64,000 nt of DNA from Nitrospirota bacterium. GTDB taxonomy: Bacteria > Nitrospirota > Nitrospiria > Nitrospirales > NS-4. Positions 41,811 to 51,650 of this stretch are shown piece by piece. Both the position numbers and the translations under genes were made by a program. The stretch is taken from assembly GCA_963788195.1 (NCBI GenBank), contig CAWBGA010000004.1:64001-128000 (forward strand), read 5' to 3'. Every line of letters begins with the position of its first letter. Positions within the stretch are counted from its first letter, which is position 1. The notes under the pieces were generated by a model. That model ran no database searches, was not told the DNA's origin, and saw nothing but the letters and a program-made list of their open reading frames with translations.

Positions 41811-42245
41811 TTGAATTCTCAAAGAAACATACAAACAGGCGGACTAGTGGGAATTCTTAAGTCATTTAGAAGTTATGGAATCCGCTACGCGGTGGTTGGG
41901 ACTTCAGGGACAATTATTTATATCTGTCTCCTTACGCTCTTCGTGGACGGATTTAATGCGGATCCGGTGATGAGTTCCGCTCTCTCAGCGATACCGTCGG
42001 TGATCGCCACCTACTTGGCGAATTACTTTTGGACGTTCCAATCTTCAAATGATCATCTGGTGACACTTTTTCGTTTTGCAGTGACCTCATTTGTGGGCTT
42101 GCTGTTGAATATATCTATTATGCATCTCTGCGTGGATATTCTAGGACTGTGGTATCTCTATGGCGCCTTTATTAACATTGTGGCGGTTGCCTTAACCAGC
42201 TTTCTACTTCATGTCAATTGGTCGTTCCGGCTTGTTGAAGGATAG
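41811..42245 (+). CDS. GtrA family flippase-like protein
   Basis: RYAVVG...YLANYFWTF...RF...NWSF; four TMs; about 140 aa. Confidence 0.85.
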   Translation: MNSQRNIQTGGLVGILKSFRSYGIRYAVVGTSGTIIYICLLTLFVDGFNADPVMSSALSAIPSVIATYLANYFWTFQSSNDHLVTLFRFAVTSFVGLLLNISIMHLCVDILGLWYLYGAFINIVAVALTSFLLHVNWSFRLVEG

Positions 42246-42762
42246 ACCGCTGTGGAAAAGAAACAAGGGTTTTCAGTCTCACTTAGGAGTCAGTGAGTGA
42301 GTATATCAGTTAGCTGATCCATTACTGATCCGTAACGTAGCGTATAGCATACGTTCCTATGTGATGCTGAGAAACCCAGAGCCGTCCGCCGGACGCGGTT
42401 GGCCGACCTTGTTAACGAAGCGTTTGGGCATATCGACCACTAGTTTATCCCGATGTCCTTCCGCAATCCCGCCAACTTCTATCCCGCACCGGGCCAATAT
42501 TACATCCACTCCTTCATCGTATGACTGACTGTGGATCTCCTCTCAAAACCTTCTTTCATGGCCCATCCAGAGGGGTATTCCTAGGTAGGTCATTCTAGTA
42601 TAAATGGCCGCCGAACCATTGCGACGAATCCCTACCCCGGGACTGGACGTTTTCTGCACTGATTGTCACCAATCCGGTGCCTGTATGTAAATTTGATTAG
42701 CCCGTGGCAGCAAAGACAAAAACATCATGTTTTGATATCATATCAATCATTAGCGAGGCCTT

Positions 42763-44067
42763 GTGGAACAACTTTTGAAGAAAATTAACGATCGCACGGC
42801 CCACGTGGCGGTGATCGGATTGGGGTATGTCGGGCTGCCTCTTGCTGTTGAATTTGCCAAGGCCGGTTTTCGAGTGATCGGGATTGACCTTGATGCCGGA
42901 AAGGTGGGGCAACTCAAGCGGGGAGAAAGCTATGTTAAAGATGTGCCTTCGGAAGATGTCCGCCAGATTGTGGACGACGGCCGGTTCCTTGTGACCACAG
43001 CGTTCTCGTTCTTAGCGGAAGCGGATGCCTGCTGCATCTGTGTTCCCACACCGCTCGGCAAGACCAAGGATCCTGACGTTTCCTTTATACTGGACGCGGC
43101 CCGGGCGGTAAAATCAGGCTTGCGACGGAATCAACTGGTCGTCCTGGAAAGCACGACCTATCCAGGCACGACACGCGAGTTATTGCTGCCAATGTTCGAG
43201 GAGGATGGTTTCAAGGTCGGCACCGACTTTTCCCTGGCCTTCTCACCGGAGCGGATTGATCCCGGCAATCCAACATATCACCTAAAGAATACGCCGCGTG
43301 TGGTAGGGGGCATCACACCGACGTGCACCCAAATGGCGGTCGCGCTTTACAGCCAAATCGTGGAGCGAGTCATACCGGTGTCCTCGGTGGAAGCGGCTGA
43401 GCTGACTAAGCTGCTGGAGAACACTTTCCGGATCGTGAACATTGGGCTGGTAAATGAGATGGCGATCATGTGCGATCGTCTAGGCATCAATGTGTGGGAA
43501 GTCGTAGAAGCTGCCGCGACCAAGCCCTATGGGTTCATCTCGTTTTCTCCAGGTCCTGGACTGGGCGGCCACTGTATCCCTGTCGATCCTCATTATTTAT
43601 CATGGAAGCTGCGAACCCTGAATTATCGGGCGCGTTTTATCGAGCTGGCAGGGGAAATCAACGCGGAAATGCCTGAATACGTTGTACGCAAGATTGCAGA
43701 CGCCTTGAACCGAGCAAAAAAAAGTGTTAATGGCTCCTCTGTCCTGGTGCTGGGTGTGGCGTACAAGCGGGACATTGACGATGTGCGCGAGTCCCCGGCA
43801 TTGGACATCATCAAAGTGTTGCGGAACCAAGGGGCGGAGGTCACCTGGCATGATCCCCATGTCCAGGAACTTAAAGGGCTGGAAAGTCTGGCCCATGCTT
43901 CGGAAGTTACCACCGAGCTCCTCTCCCAAGCAGATTGTGTAGTGATCACGACCGATCATTCTGTGTATGATTGGGACGCCATCGTGAAGAATGCGAAACT
44001 TATTGTAGACAGCCGAAACGCAACGCGTGCGGTCGATTCAGGACGTCATAAGATTGTGATGCTATGA
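42763..44067 (+). CDS. UDP-N-acetylhexosamine 6-dehydrogenase (WbpA/WecC-like)
   Basis: GLGYVGLP, CVPTP, ESTTYPGTT, SPERIDPG, KLLEN, GGHCIPVDP, DVRESP. Confidence 0.93.
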   Translation: MEQLLKKINDRTAHVAVIGLGYVGLPLAVEFAKAGFRVIGIDLDAGKVGQLKRGESYVKDVPSEDVRQIVDDGRFLVTTAFSFLAEADACCICVPTPLGKTKDPDVSFILDAARAVKSGLRRNQLVVLESTTYPGTTRELLLPMFEEDGFKVGTDFSLAFSPERIDPGNPTYHLKNTPRVVGGITPTCTQMAVALYSQIVERVIPVSSVEAAELTKLLENTFRIVNIGLVNEMAIMCDRLGINVWEVVEAAATKPYGFISFSPGPGLGGHCIPVDPHYLSWKLRTLNYRARFIELAGEINAEMPEYVVRKIADALNRAKKSVNGSSVLVLGVAYKRDIDDVRESPALDIIKVLRNQGAEVTWHDPHVQELKGLESLAHASEVTTELLSQADCVVITTDHSVYDWDAIVKNAKLIVDSRNATRAVDSGRHKIVML

Positions 44068-44333
44068 ATTCCGTGCCGCCGATAATGAAAAGTCGGCCGT
44101 GAAGGAAAAGATGCGGGGATATTCTGGCATCGAAAGGCGCGCGAAGCTCGCTCTGCTTCACCTAGAAGACGAATATTGGCGTGAACCGAGATAAGGGACG
44201 AGTGAATGGGAGAGCTGATTATACCTTATTCTAGATCAACGGTGTGGGCCCGGCAATTCATGAAAGTGGTCGTTGGGCAGGCGAGATCGTGTAGCGATAC
44301 GCAGGGTGACCACTCGATGACAGGAGGGATTCG

Positions 44334-46025
44334 ATGAAAAGCAAAGCGTCATTACTACGTCAGCTTTTCGCCCGGCCGGGCATTATTAGGCTAATCGGAG
44401 CCCACAATGCGTTGGGCGCCCAACTGGCTGAACGTGCGGGGTTCGATGGCGTCTGGTCCAGTGGGCTTGAGATATCAGCCTCCCATGGCGTGCCTGATGC
44501 CGACATTCTGACGATGTCTGAATATCTGGGTGCGGCGGCCTCCATGGCCGACTCCGTTGAGATCCCCATTGTGGCAGATTGTGATACGGGGTATGGCAAT
44601 TCGAACAACGTCATCCAGATGATGCGCAAATTCGAGGCCTCGGGGATTGCCGCAGTCTGCATCGAGGATAAGCTCTTTCCAAAGGTGAACAGCTTTGTCC
44701 CGGGGCGTCAGGAACTCGCGCCGATCGCGGAATTCGTTGGAAAAATCATGGCGGCAAAAAACGCGCAACGTAATGCAGACACCATGCTCATCGCCCGGGT
44801 CGAGGCGCTGATCGCTGGACTCGGGCAGACCGAGGCCCAAAAGCGCGCGCGTGCCTATGCGGAGGCGGGTGCCGATGCGATTCTCATTCACCATAACTCT
44901 AGCTCCCCCCAACCGATTATTGATTTCGCACGGGCTTGGGACCTCGCAGTGCCTCTGGTCGTGGTGCCGACCATGTATTACACCATTACCGCCCAAGAGT
45001 TGAATGACCTGGGTATTAAAATGGTGATCTATGCCAACCAGGGCCTGCGTGCCGCCATTAATGCCATGCTTGATGTCTATGGAGAGATCCTTCACACGCA
45101 ATCGACCGCGTCCGTCGAGAAGCGGCTTGCCTCGATGAAGCTGGTGTTTGAGCTGCAGGGCATGCCGCAACTGAAACGCAACGAAGACATGTATCTACGA
45201 TCGAATGAACCGCCGACGCGAGCCATCATCCCCGCGGCGGGTGATCATCTGGATGAGTACTCCATGAAAGATATCGCCGCCGATATCCCCATGGCCATGC
45301 TCGACGTGAACGGCAAGCCTCTGCTGCAGCGTCAGCGGGAAGTGCTGAACCTTTCGGGAGTCCGGGAACTGATCGCCGTCGGTGGCTACCGTCGCGAGAA
45401 AATCACCGTGGACGGAATCAAACTATTCGAAAATCCGCGGTGGGAATCGACTGGAGAGTTAACTTCCATCCTTGCAGGGGATACGGATGCGGACTACCAA
45501 GGCAGAACCCTTATTTCCTATTCGGACATCCTTTTCGATAAGGACGCCGTCAATAGGCTTCTGGGCTGCGACGATGACGATATTGTCTTACTCGTCGACA
45601 GCACCGCTGACTCGAAGACGCAGGATCGCTTGCAGGCAATGAATCGCGGGATAGATCTTGTGCTGCTGGCGGATGCGGTCGATCCTCCAACACGTCGCGT
45701 CTTAAAGGGAGACGCTCGGAGTCGAGTAGTGAAGATCGGAAAGAATATTCCACGATCCGAGGCCCACGGCGAGTTTACCGGCCTTGCCCTATTCTCCGCA
45801 AAAGGCTGGAAACTCTTTCGTAGGTTTTATGATACTGCGCAGGCCCTGCCTCGGGGCACGCGGTTTCATGAAGCTGCGACATTGGAAACGGCGTCGCTGA
45901 CGGACATGGTTCAAGAGCTGATCGATCAAGGGCATCCCGTATCGTGTGTCCAGGTCTCATCCGGGTGGATGGAAATCCATTCGTTCGAGGATTACAAACT
46001 GGCATGTAGGCTCGTGTCACAGTGA
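44334..46025 (+). CDS. pepM: Phosphoenolpyruvate mutase fused to a C-terminal nucleotidyltransferase domain
   Basis: PepM signature EDKLFPKVNS (EDK-x5-NS), DCDTGYG, ARVEALIAG, IYANQ. C-terminal IIPAAG...MLDVNGKPLL...GEFTG...WMEIHS. GGAGG RBS upstream. Confidence 0.93.
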   Translation: MKSKASLLRQLFARPGIIRLIGAHNALGAQLAERAGFDGVWSSGLEISASHGVPDADILTMSEYLGAAASMADSVEIPIVADCDTGYGNSNNVIQMMRKFEASGIAAVCIEDKLFPKVNSFVPGRQELAPIAEFVGKIMAAKNAQRNADTMLIARVEALIAGLGQTEAQKRARAYAEAGADAILIHHNSSSPQPIIDFARAWDLAVPLVVVPTMYYTITAQELNDLGIKMVIYANQGLRAAINAMLDVYGEILHTQSTASVEKRLASMKLVFELQGMPQLKRNEDMYLRSNEPPTRAIIPAAGDHLDEYSMKDIAADIPMAMLDVNGKPLLQRQREVLNLSGVRELIAVGGYRREKITVDGIKLFENPRWESTGELTSILAGDTDADYQGRTLISYSDILFDKDAVNRLLGCDDDDIVLLVDSTADSKTQDRLQAMNRGIDLVLLADAVDPPTRRVLKGDARSRVVKIGKNIPRSEAHGEFTGLALFSAKGWKLFRRFYDTAQALPRGTRFHEAATLETASLTDMVQELIDQGHPVSCVQVSSGWMEIHSFEDYKLACRLVSQ

Positions 46026-46039
46026 GGGGGAGGGAGCGG

Positions 46040-46774
46040 ATGTCTCAAGAGGCGGGGCACTCCATCGCGGGAATAGATAGTGCCATTGAGAACCTGGACT
46101 TTGACGCGATCTCCAGAACGTATCAGGAGCAGAACGAGTTTCTCCTGCTCGAACGGTTCTTATCTCCTGAAGCGGTCGCGCCACTGGTCGTCGAAGCGGA
46201 GCAAATGCGACCAGCAATCAACCGAAACTATATCCCGAAACATAAGAAGGGTGGCAGCGTCAGCCGGTTTGTCCTGGCCAAGAACGCGCCGGCAACGGTT
46301 TCCCTTTATCAGGACCCGGCATTCGTTGAGTTTTTGAGCCGCCTGGCAGGCGCGCGCCTGCTTCCGTGCCCCCCGGAAGATCCCCATGCATGCGCCCTGT
46401 ACTTCTACACCGAACCCGGGGATCATATCGGCTTTCACTACGATACGTCTTATTACAAGGGGGCGAGATATACCGTGCTTTTGGGTTTGGTGGAGCAGTC
46501 AACCAGCCGGCTAGTCTGCCAGTTGTATAAAAATGATCCGGCTCGCGAAACACAAGAGCTCAGTGTCGCGACGAACCCCGGGACCATGGTGTTCTTTAAT
46601 GGAGATAAACTGTATCACTCGGTCACGCCCCTTGGAGCAGGCGAGGAACGTATTGTCTTGACGATGCAATATGTGACTAACCAAGCCATGGGGCCGCTGA
46701 AGCGCTTTGTATCAAACATGAAAGATGCTGTGGCGTATTTCGGATTTCGCTCGCTGATTCGCACAAGGGGTTAA
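46040..46774 (+). CDS. Fe(II)/2-oxoglutarate-dependent oxygenase
   Basis: HxD...H triad (FHYD ... LYHSVTP) and distal R (ERIVL); GGAGGGAG RBS before ATG 46040. Confidence 0.8.
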   Translation: MSQEAGHSIAGIDSAIENLDFDAISRTYQEQNEFLLLERFLSPEAVAPLVVEAEQMRPAINRNYIPKHKKGGSVSRFVLAKNAPATVSLYQDPAFVEFLSRLAGARLLPCPPEDPHACALYFYTEPGDHIGFHYDTSYYKGARYTVLLGLVEQSTSRLVCQLYKNDPARETQELSVATNPGTMVFFNGDKLYHSVTPLGAGEERIVLTMQYVTNQAMGPLKRFVSNMKDAVAYFGFRSLIRTRG

Positions 46775-46785
46775 GCTGACACAGC

Positions 46786-47529
46786 ATGAACGTAGTGATC
46801 CTAGCAGCAGGCGTGGGAAATCGGTTGCGTCCATTCACAGCCGAGCACCCCAAATGCCTTCTCACCTTCGGCGGCAAAAGCCTTCTGCAGCGGCATCTCG
46901 AGATGCTGGATCGGATCGGGGTTGGGAAGATCACGATTGTTGTCGGCCACTTGCGAGATCAGGTCGAGGCCGAAGTGAAGCAGGTGAACTTACAGCGGCA
47001 GATCGAACTGGTCTACAACCCTCAATATAGGCTCGGAAGCGGTCTTTCGCTTCTGCAAGCAGAGAACGGTTTGGGAAGCGCCCCGGCCATCATCATGGAT
47101 GCGGATCTCTTACTGTGCCACGAGATGGTCAAGAGTCTTTTTGCCAGTTCCGCACCAAACTGCTTACTTGCCGATGAGCGGCTCATTGATACAGGAGAAG
47201 AAGTGAAAGTCCTGGTCCGCTCCGATGGAACCGTCTGCGAACTGGGAAAACAGATACATCGAGGCGGGTCCGTTGTGGGCGAGAGTGTCGGTCTCTACAA
47301 GTTTTCCCCAGAGGCTGGCCAAACCCTGGTGGGGAGGTTAAAGCCGGAAGTCGCGGAGAATCCCCGCGTCGAGTACGAAGCGATTATTGACAGTGTTCTT
47401 GATCGGATTCAGATGCACTATGTCCCCGTAGGGCAGCTTCCCTGGATCGAGATTGACTTTCCCAATGATGTCGAACGAGCGCGGAAGGAAATATGGCCGC
47501 TCATTACGAATCGCGAGTTGGTTGCGTAA
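46786..47529 (+). CDS. Phosphocholine/phosphonate cytidylyltransferase family nucleotidyltransferase
   Basis: ILAAGVGNRL...HPKCLL, MDADL, EEVKV, GESVG, WIEIDFPND. Confidence 0.88.
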   Translation: MNVVILAAGVGNRLRPFTAEHPKCLLTFGGKSLLQRHLEMLDRIGVGKITIVVGHLRDQVEAEVKQVNLQRQIELVYNPQYRLGSGLSLLQAENGLGSAPAIIMDADLLLCHEMVKSLFASSAPNCLLADERLIDTGEEVKVLVRSDGTVCELGKQIHRGGSVVGESVGLYKFSPEAGQTLVGRLKPEVAENPRVEYEAIIDSVLDRIQMHYVPVGQLPWIEIDFPNDVERARKEIWPLITNRELVA

Positions 47530-47824
47530 TGAATTAGAATCCTGTTAGTCCGATCTCGGCTTTAGCCAGTTCTTCAGCTGGTGGACCATACGAAAGTGGA
47601 TGGTGCCCCACCGAGGACTGATTGATTCTAATCTCTGGGAAGGCAATAGTTCTAAGGGCTTTCCGTATTTCAGATGCAGGTGGAGTCATTAGGGTATTCA
47701 GGCCTGTCGAGAACTAGGCGCAACTTTCCGTTCATTTCCAGCACCGCCGCATCATAGAAGCAGAAGGGGGAATTCTTGTACACAAGTCTGGCCACGCGTG
47801 TATCGCGCCCTCACCTAAACAAGA

Positions 47825-48820
47825 GTGATAATTCCTCTGGCAATCCTTGCTCTCCTGGTCCTTGGGCTGTATCACAAAATCCTCGTACGGCTTGTTGAGC
47901 ATTGGTATATTGATCCCGATTATTCACACGGTTTTTTAGTGCCTTTGCTGGCGCTCTATTTTGTATGGGAGCGTCGCCAGCAGCTGTTCTTGTTACCCGT
48001 CACTCCACAAAAAGCCGGCATCGCGCTGTTAGCGCTGGGTTTGTTCATGCTCGTAGTTGGGTCGGCTGGGGCAGAGCTCTATCTTCAGCGAACTTCTCTC
48101 ATCGTGGTGATCGCGGGCTTGGTCCTCTTATTATTGGGCAGGCCCTATTTGCGCGCGCTCGCTTTTCCGATCGCCTTCCTGCTGTTTATGGTTCCACTTC
48201 CGGCCATTGTGGTAAATGCCGTCGCGTTCCCACTTCAGTTATTTGCTGCAAAAACCGCGGCCTTTTGCCTGTTTAATTTCGGCATTCCCGTTCTGCGGGA
48301 AGGCAACGTTATCGCTTTGGCCGGCACAACCCTTGAAGTGGCTGAGGCGTGCAGCGGGATTCGCTCACTCCAGGCGCTGCTGGCGTTGGGCACTGTCTAC
48401 GCGTACTTCACGCAATCGTCTATGTGGAAGCGCTGGACTCTCGTGCTCCTGTCTATTCCTATCGCCATTGTCGCGAATGCTTTTCGAGTCACCGGCACCG
48501 GGGTCCTTGCGCATTACTGGGGTCCCCAAGCCGCCGAAGGGTTTTATCACACGTTCTCTGGCTGGCTGATCTTCCTTGTGGCCTTTGTGCTCCTCTTGGC
48601 TTGCGGATGGCTTCTCTCGCGCGTCGGGCTTCCGCAGAGGTTTCACATCCCTAAACCGCCGAGCATTCGTGACGAGGCCCCCGTGAGATCACACCCCGTG
48701 CCTGTTGTGGATCATTACCCTGATCCCGGTGGCAACGGTCATGCGCCGGTCGTACTTCCCACGGGCAATGGCAGTTCTGCTGTTCATGAGCCTGAACAAC
48801 CCCCGAAGCCGGTCGGCTGA
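47825..48820 (+). CDS. xrt: Exosortase (EpsH family transpeptidase)
   Basis: YSHGFLV, LLFMVPLP, PVLREGN, VAEACSGIRS (Cys), NAFRV (Arg), FYHTFSG (His). Confidence 0.93.
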   Translation: MIIPLAILALLVLGLYHKILVRLVEHWYIDPDYSHGFLVPLLALYFVWERRQQLFLLPVTPQKAGIALLALGLFMLVVGSAGAELYLQRTSLIVVIAGLVLLLLGRPYLRALAFPIAFLLFMVPLPAIVVNAVAFPLQLFAAKTAAFCLFNFGIPVLREGNVIALAGTTLEVAEACSGIRSLQALLALGTVYAYFTQSSMWKRWTLVLLSIPIAIVANAFRVTGTGVLAHYWGPQAAEGFYHTFSGWLIFLVAFVLLLACGWLLSRVGLPQRFHIPKPPSIRDEAPVRSHPVPVVDHYPDPGGNGHAPVVLPTGNGSSAVHEPEQPPKPVG

Positions 48821-48835
48821 GAGCAGGAGAGACCT

Positions 48836-49534
48836 ATGGGCCGCATCAAGAAGCATTGGGCATTGGTCATGGCTGTCGCGATGTTGCTCAGCACGTGGGG
48901 CTCTTTGCAAATGCTATCGCGTGGCGAATCCCCCGTGTTTAAAAAACCGTTTGCCGAGTTTCCCCTGACCCTCGCTGATCGATGGAGTGGCAAGGAATTG
49001 GGCATGGATAAGAGCGTGCTGGAGGTGTTGAACCTGACGGATTATATGATGCGTGTGTACGTGCCGTTCAGTGCGAACGCGTCCCGACCGCCGGCTGGAA
49101 TGCCGGTTTATCTATACGTCGGGTACTATCAGAGCCAGCGCACGGGCGCGACGTATCACTCACCAAAGAACTGCCTGCCTGGGGCGGGTTGGCAGTTCGT
49201 CCAAGCAGAGCAAACTTCGGTTCCAGTCCCGGGGGGAAAATCCGTCACCGTGAACCAGGTTTTGATTGAAAAAGGATTGGACAAGCAGGTCATTCTCTAT
49301 TGGTATCAGGATCGGGGCCGGGTGGTGGCCAATGAATACTGGGCGAAAGCCTATTTGATCTGGGATGCCATGACCAAGCATAGGACTGATGGAGCCTTGG
49401 TTCGAATATCATTGCCGGTCACAAAGAGTACTGAAGAGGCCTATCAGGAGGGTTTTGCCTTCATGCGGGACGTCTGGCCGTCGCTTCAGGAGTATTTGCC
49501 GGACGGAGCAGATACCCTGACCAAGGCATCGTAG
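48836..49534 (+). CDS. epsI: EpsI family exosortase-associated protein
   Basis: N-terminal TM, LYVGYYQSQ, HSPKNCLPGAGW, YWYQ, RTDGALVR. Confidence 0.9.
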   Translation: MGRIKKHWALVMAVAMLLSTWGSLQMLSRGESPVFKKPFAEFPLTLADRWSGKELGMDKSVLEVLNLTDYMMRVYVPFSANASRPPAGMPVYLYVGYYQSQRTGATYHSPKNCLPGAGWQFVQAEQTSVPVPGGKSVTVNQVLIEKGLDKQVILYWYQDRGRVVANEYWAKAYLIWDAMTKHRTDGALVRISLPVTKSTEEAYQEGFAFMRDVWPSLQEYLPDGADTLTKAS

Positions 49535-49542
49535 GAGCCTCC

Positions 49543-51650
49543 TTGGATTCGATAGGCTTGTGGATGGTGCTCCCCGCTTTTGTGGCATCGGCTGCGGCGC
49601 TCGGGCTCGCAGCCTTCCTGCTGGTTAAAAACCGTGCTAGTTCCTTCCATCGCAGCGTGGCAGCCGTCGTGGCAGCTGCCGGAGTGATCCAACTCGCGAA
49701 CGCCTTGGGCGTGTCAGACCTGACTTATACACGGGAGTGGCGACGCCTGGGGTTGGTGTGTGAGCTTCTTTTTCCCGCCACCCTCCAGTATGTCGGGCTC
49801 GTCTTTCTCGAGGCGAAGACAGGCGGTGCAGAGTCAGGCGTTCGATGGCGTGCGCATGCCGTGACTGCCTTAGCGGTCGTCCTTGCGATGTCGGCCCTCT
49901 TTAGACTTATCGATATTCCCGCGATGACGGAGGACGGAGCTGTGGCAACGGCACCCGGCTCACTGGGTCGCGTCGCCTACGTGTTTATTGTGCTCTCACT
50001 AACCTTGGGCCTGGCCCAGCTCGAATATATTCTGCGAGTGTCCCGTGATCCGATACGGTATCAGATCAAGTACGTCCTGATCGGGTTGGGCGGCCTCGCC
50101 GGTTACGAGATTTACCAGGCGAGTCAACTCATCATGTTGCCGCTCTGGAATTTGAACTTTGTACTCGTTGGCGGCATGGCCAGCTTGATTTCGCTGGGGC
50201 TCCTGTCATTCGGTTTCGGGCGGCTACGCCTGCGTCATGTGCGCGCGAAGATCTATATCTCTCCTCAAGTCCTCTACGGCTCCGTTACGTTTCTCGTTAT
50301 TGGAATCTATCTTCTTGTGGTGGGAGTCATCGGGGAAGTTATCCGTCATACCGGGGAGCCCTTAAGCGTCGGCCTAAGCGTGGTCGTGGTCTTTGCCGCA
50401 ATCCTTGGGTTGGTCGTGGTTCTATTCTCTCGAGCGGCTCGCGCGGCCCTGCGTCAATTCATTGCACGGCATTTCTATCGTTCCAAGTACGACTACCGGG
50501 CCAAGTGGCTTGAGGTGACACAGGCGTTCGCGCACTGTGTATCCGGTGAGGAGATTCTTGACCGACTCCTCGAGATACTGGCTCGCACCTTTGGCGCATC
50601 CCGGCTTTCGATTTGGATTCTATATGCGGCAGACGGCCAATACCATCGGGTCCGGTCGGTGAACACCGAACCGGCGCCCAGTCCGTTGGACGAGATCCAT
50701 CCTCTTGTATTGAAGCTCATGCAGAGCGACGAGCCGGTCGAAGTCGACGCATCGGATGCAGGTGAGGATCAAAGAGCCGCCGCCGCGGAATCATCCAACC
50801 CCGCCGACGCGTTTCTTTGCGTGCCGATTCGATCCGAAAGGCAACTCCTGGGTTTTATTACCTTGAGCCGACAGAAGGGGGCCCGGTACGGCCAGGATGA
50901 CTTCGATCTCCTGCGGGCCATCGCGCATCATACCGGGATGCTTCTGTATCTTGCCAATGTGGCGGAAGAGCGGCGCGCGGCGGGAGAATTGGAGGCGCTG
51001 CACCGGTTCTCCGCATTTTGCCTTCATGACCTGAAGAATTTGGCTCAAAAGCTGTCCTTGGTTGTGCAGAATGCTCAGGTTCATGGGCAAGAACCCGCCT
51101 TCCAGCAATCGGTCATGCGCACAGTCTCAGGCACCGTACAAAAGATGACCGGACTTATTACAAAACTGTCAGCACGGTCGGCTCCCACCGGCGTTCCCGA
51201 GTCCGTTGATGTTCCCAATCTTATAGCCGAGACCTCGGCTCAATGAATGGCGATCTCAGGGTCGTCGTTAACTCCACTGGTAGGGCGGCGGCCGTGCGAA
51301 TCGTAAGGGATCAGTTGCAACAAGTGCTGTTGAATTTGGTGCTGAACGCCCAGCAGGGGGACGGGGAGCCTCGCCACACGGAGGACCGGAATATTTGCAT
51401 CGATACCGACGAACAAGGCGGGACCGTTATCATTACAGTCACGGACCAGGGCCCGGGAATACCCCCTGAGAAGCTGCAGACACTCTTCCAGCCTTTTCAC
51501 AGCACTAAATCCAGCGGCTTGGGCCTTGGGCTCTACCAGTGCAAACGGATCATTGAGGAACACGGTGGGTCGATCCGCGTGCAAAGCGAGGTTGGCCGAG
51601 GCACCGAAGTGCGGATCGAACTGCCTGCAGCGACTCGCAGATTTCCATAA
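49543..51650 (+). pseudogene. prsK: PEP-CTERM system sensor histidine kinase, split by a frameshift at about 51232-51246
   Basis: 49543-51246 has TMs, HFYRSKYDYRAKW, a GAF domain and FCLHDLKN. 51243-51650 has the HATPase NLVLNA, DQGPG, GLGLGL motifs. One extra C in GAGACCTC would join them (ETLGSMNG). Confidence 0.82.

Noticed and set aside
42246..42762. 517-bp intergenic region as an ncRNA or gene remnant
   Set aside because: Only short imperfect hairpins and a stop-interrupted reading frame that I cannot assign to any family.
44475..45170. 231-aa antisense ORF
   Set aside because: Shadow of pepM with no motifs.
44334..45200. Isocitrate lyase / methylisocitrate lyase annotation
   Set aside because: It has EDK-x5-NS rather than the K(K/R)CGH lyase motif. 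The cytidylyltransferase context also argues against phosphonopyruvate hydrolase.
46040..46774. BesD-like radical halogenase
   Set aside because: The triad retains Asp (HYD); halogenases have HxG or HxA.
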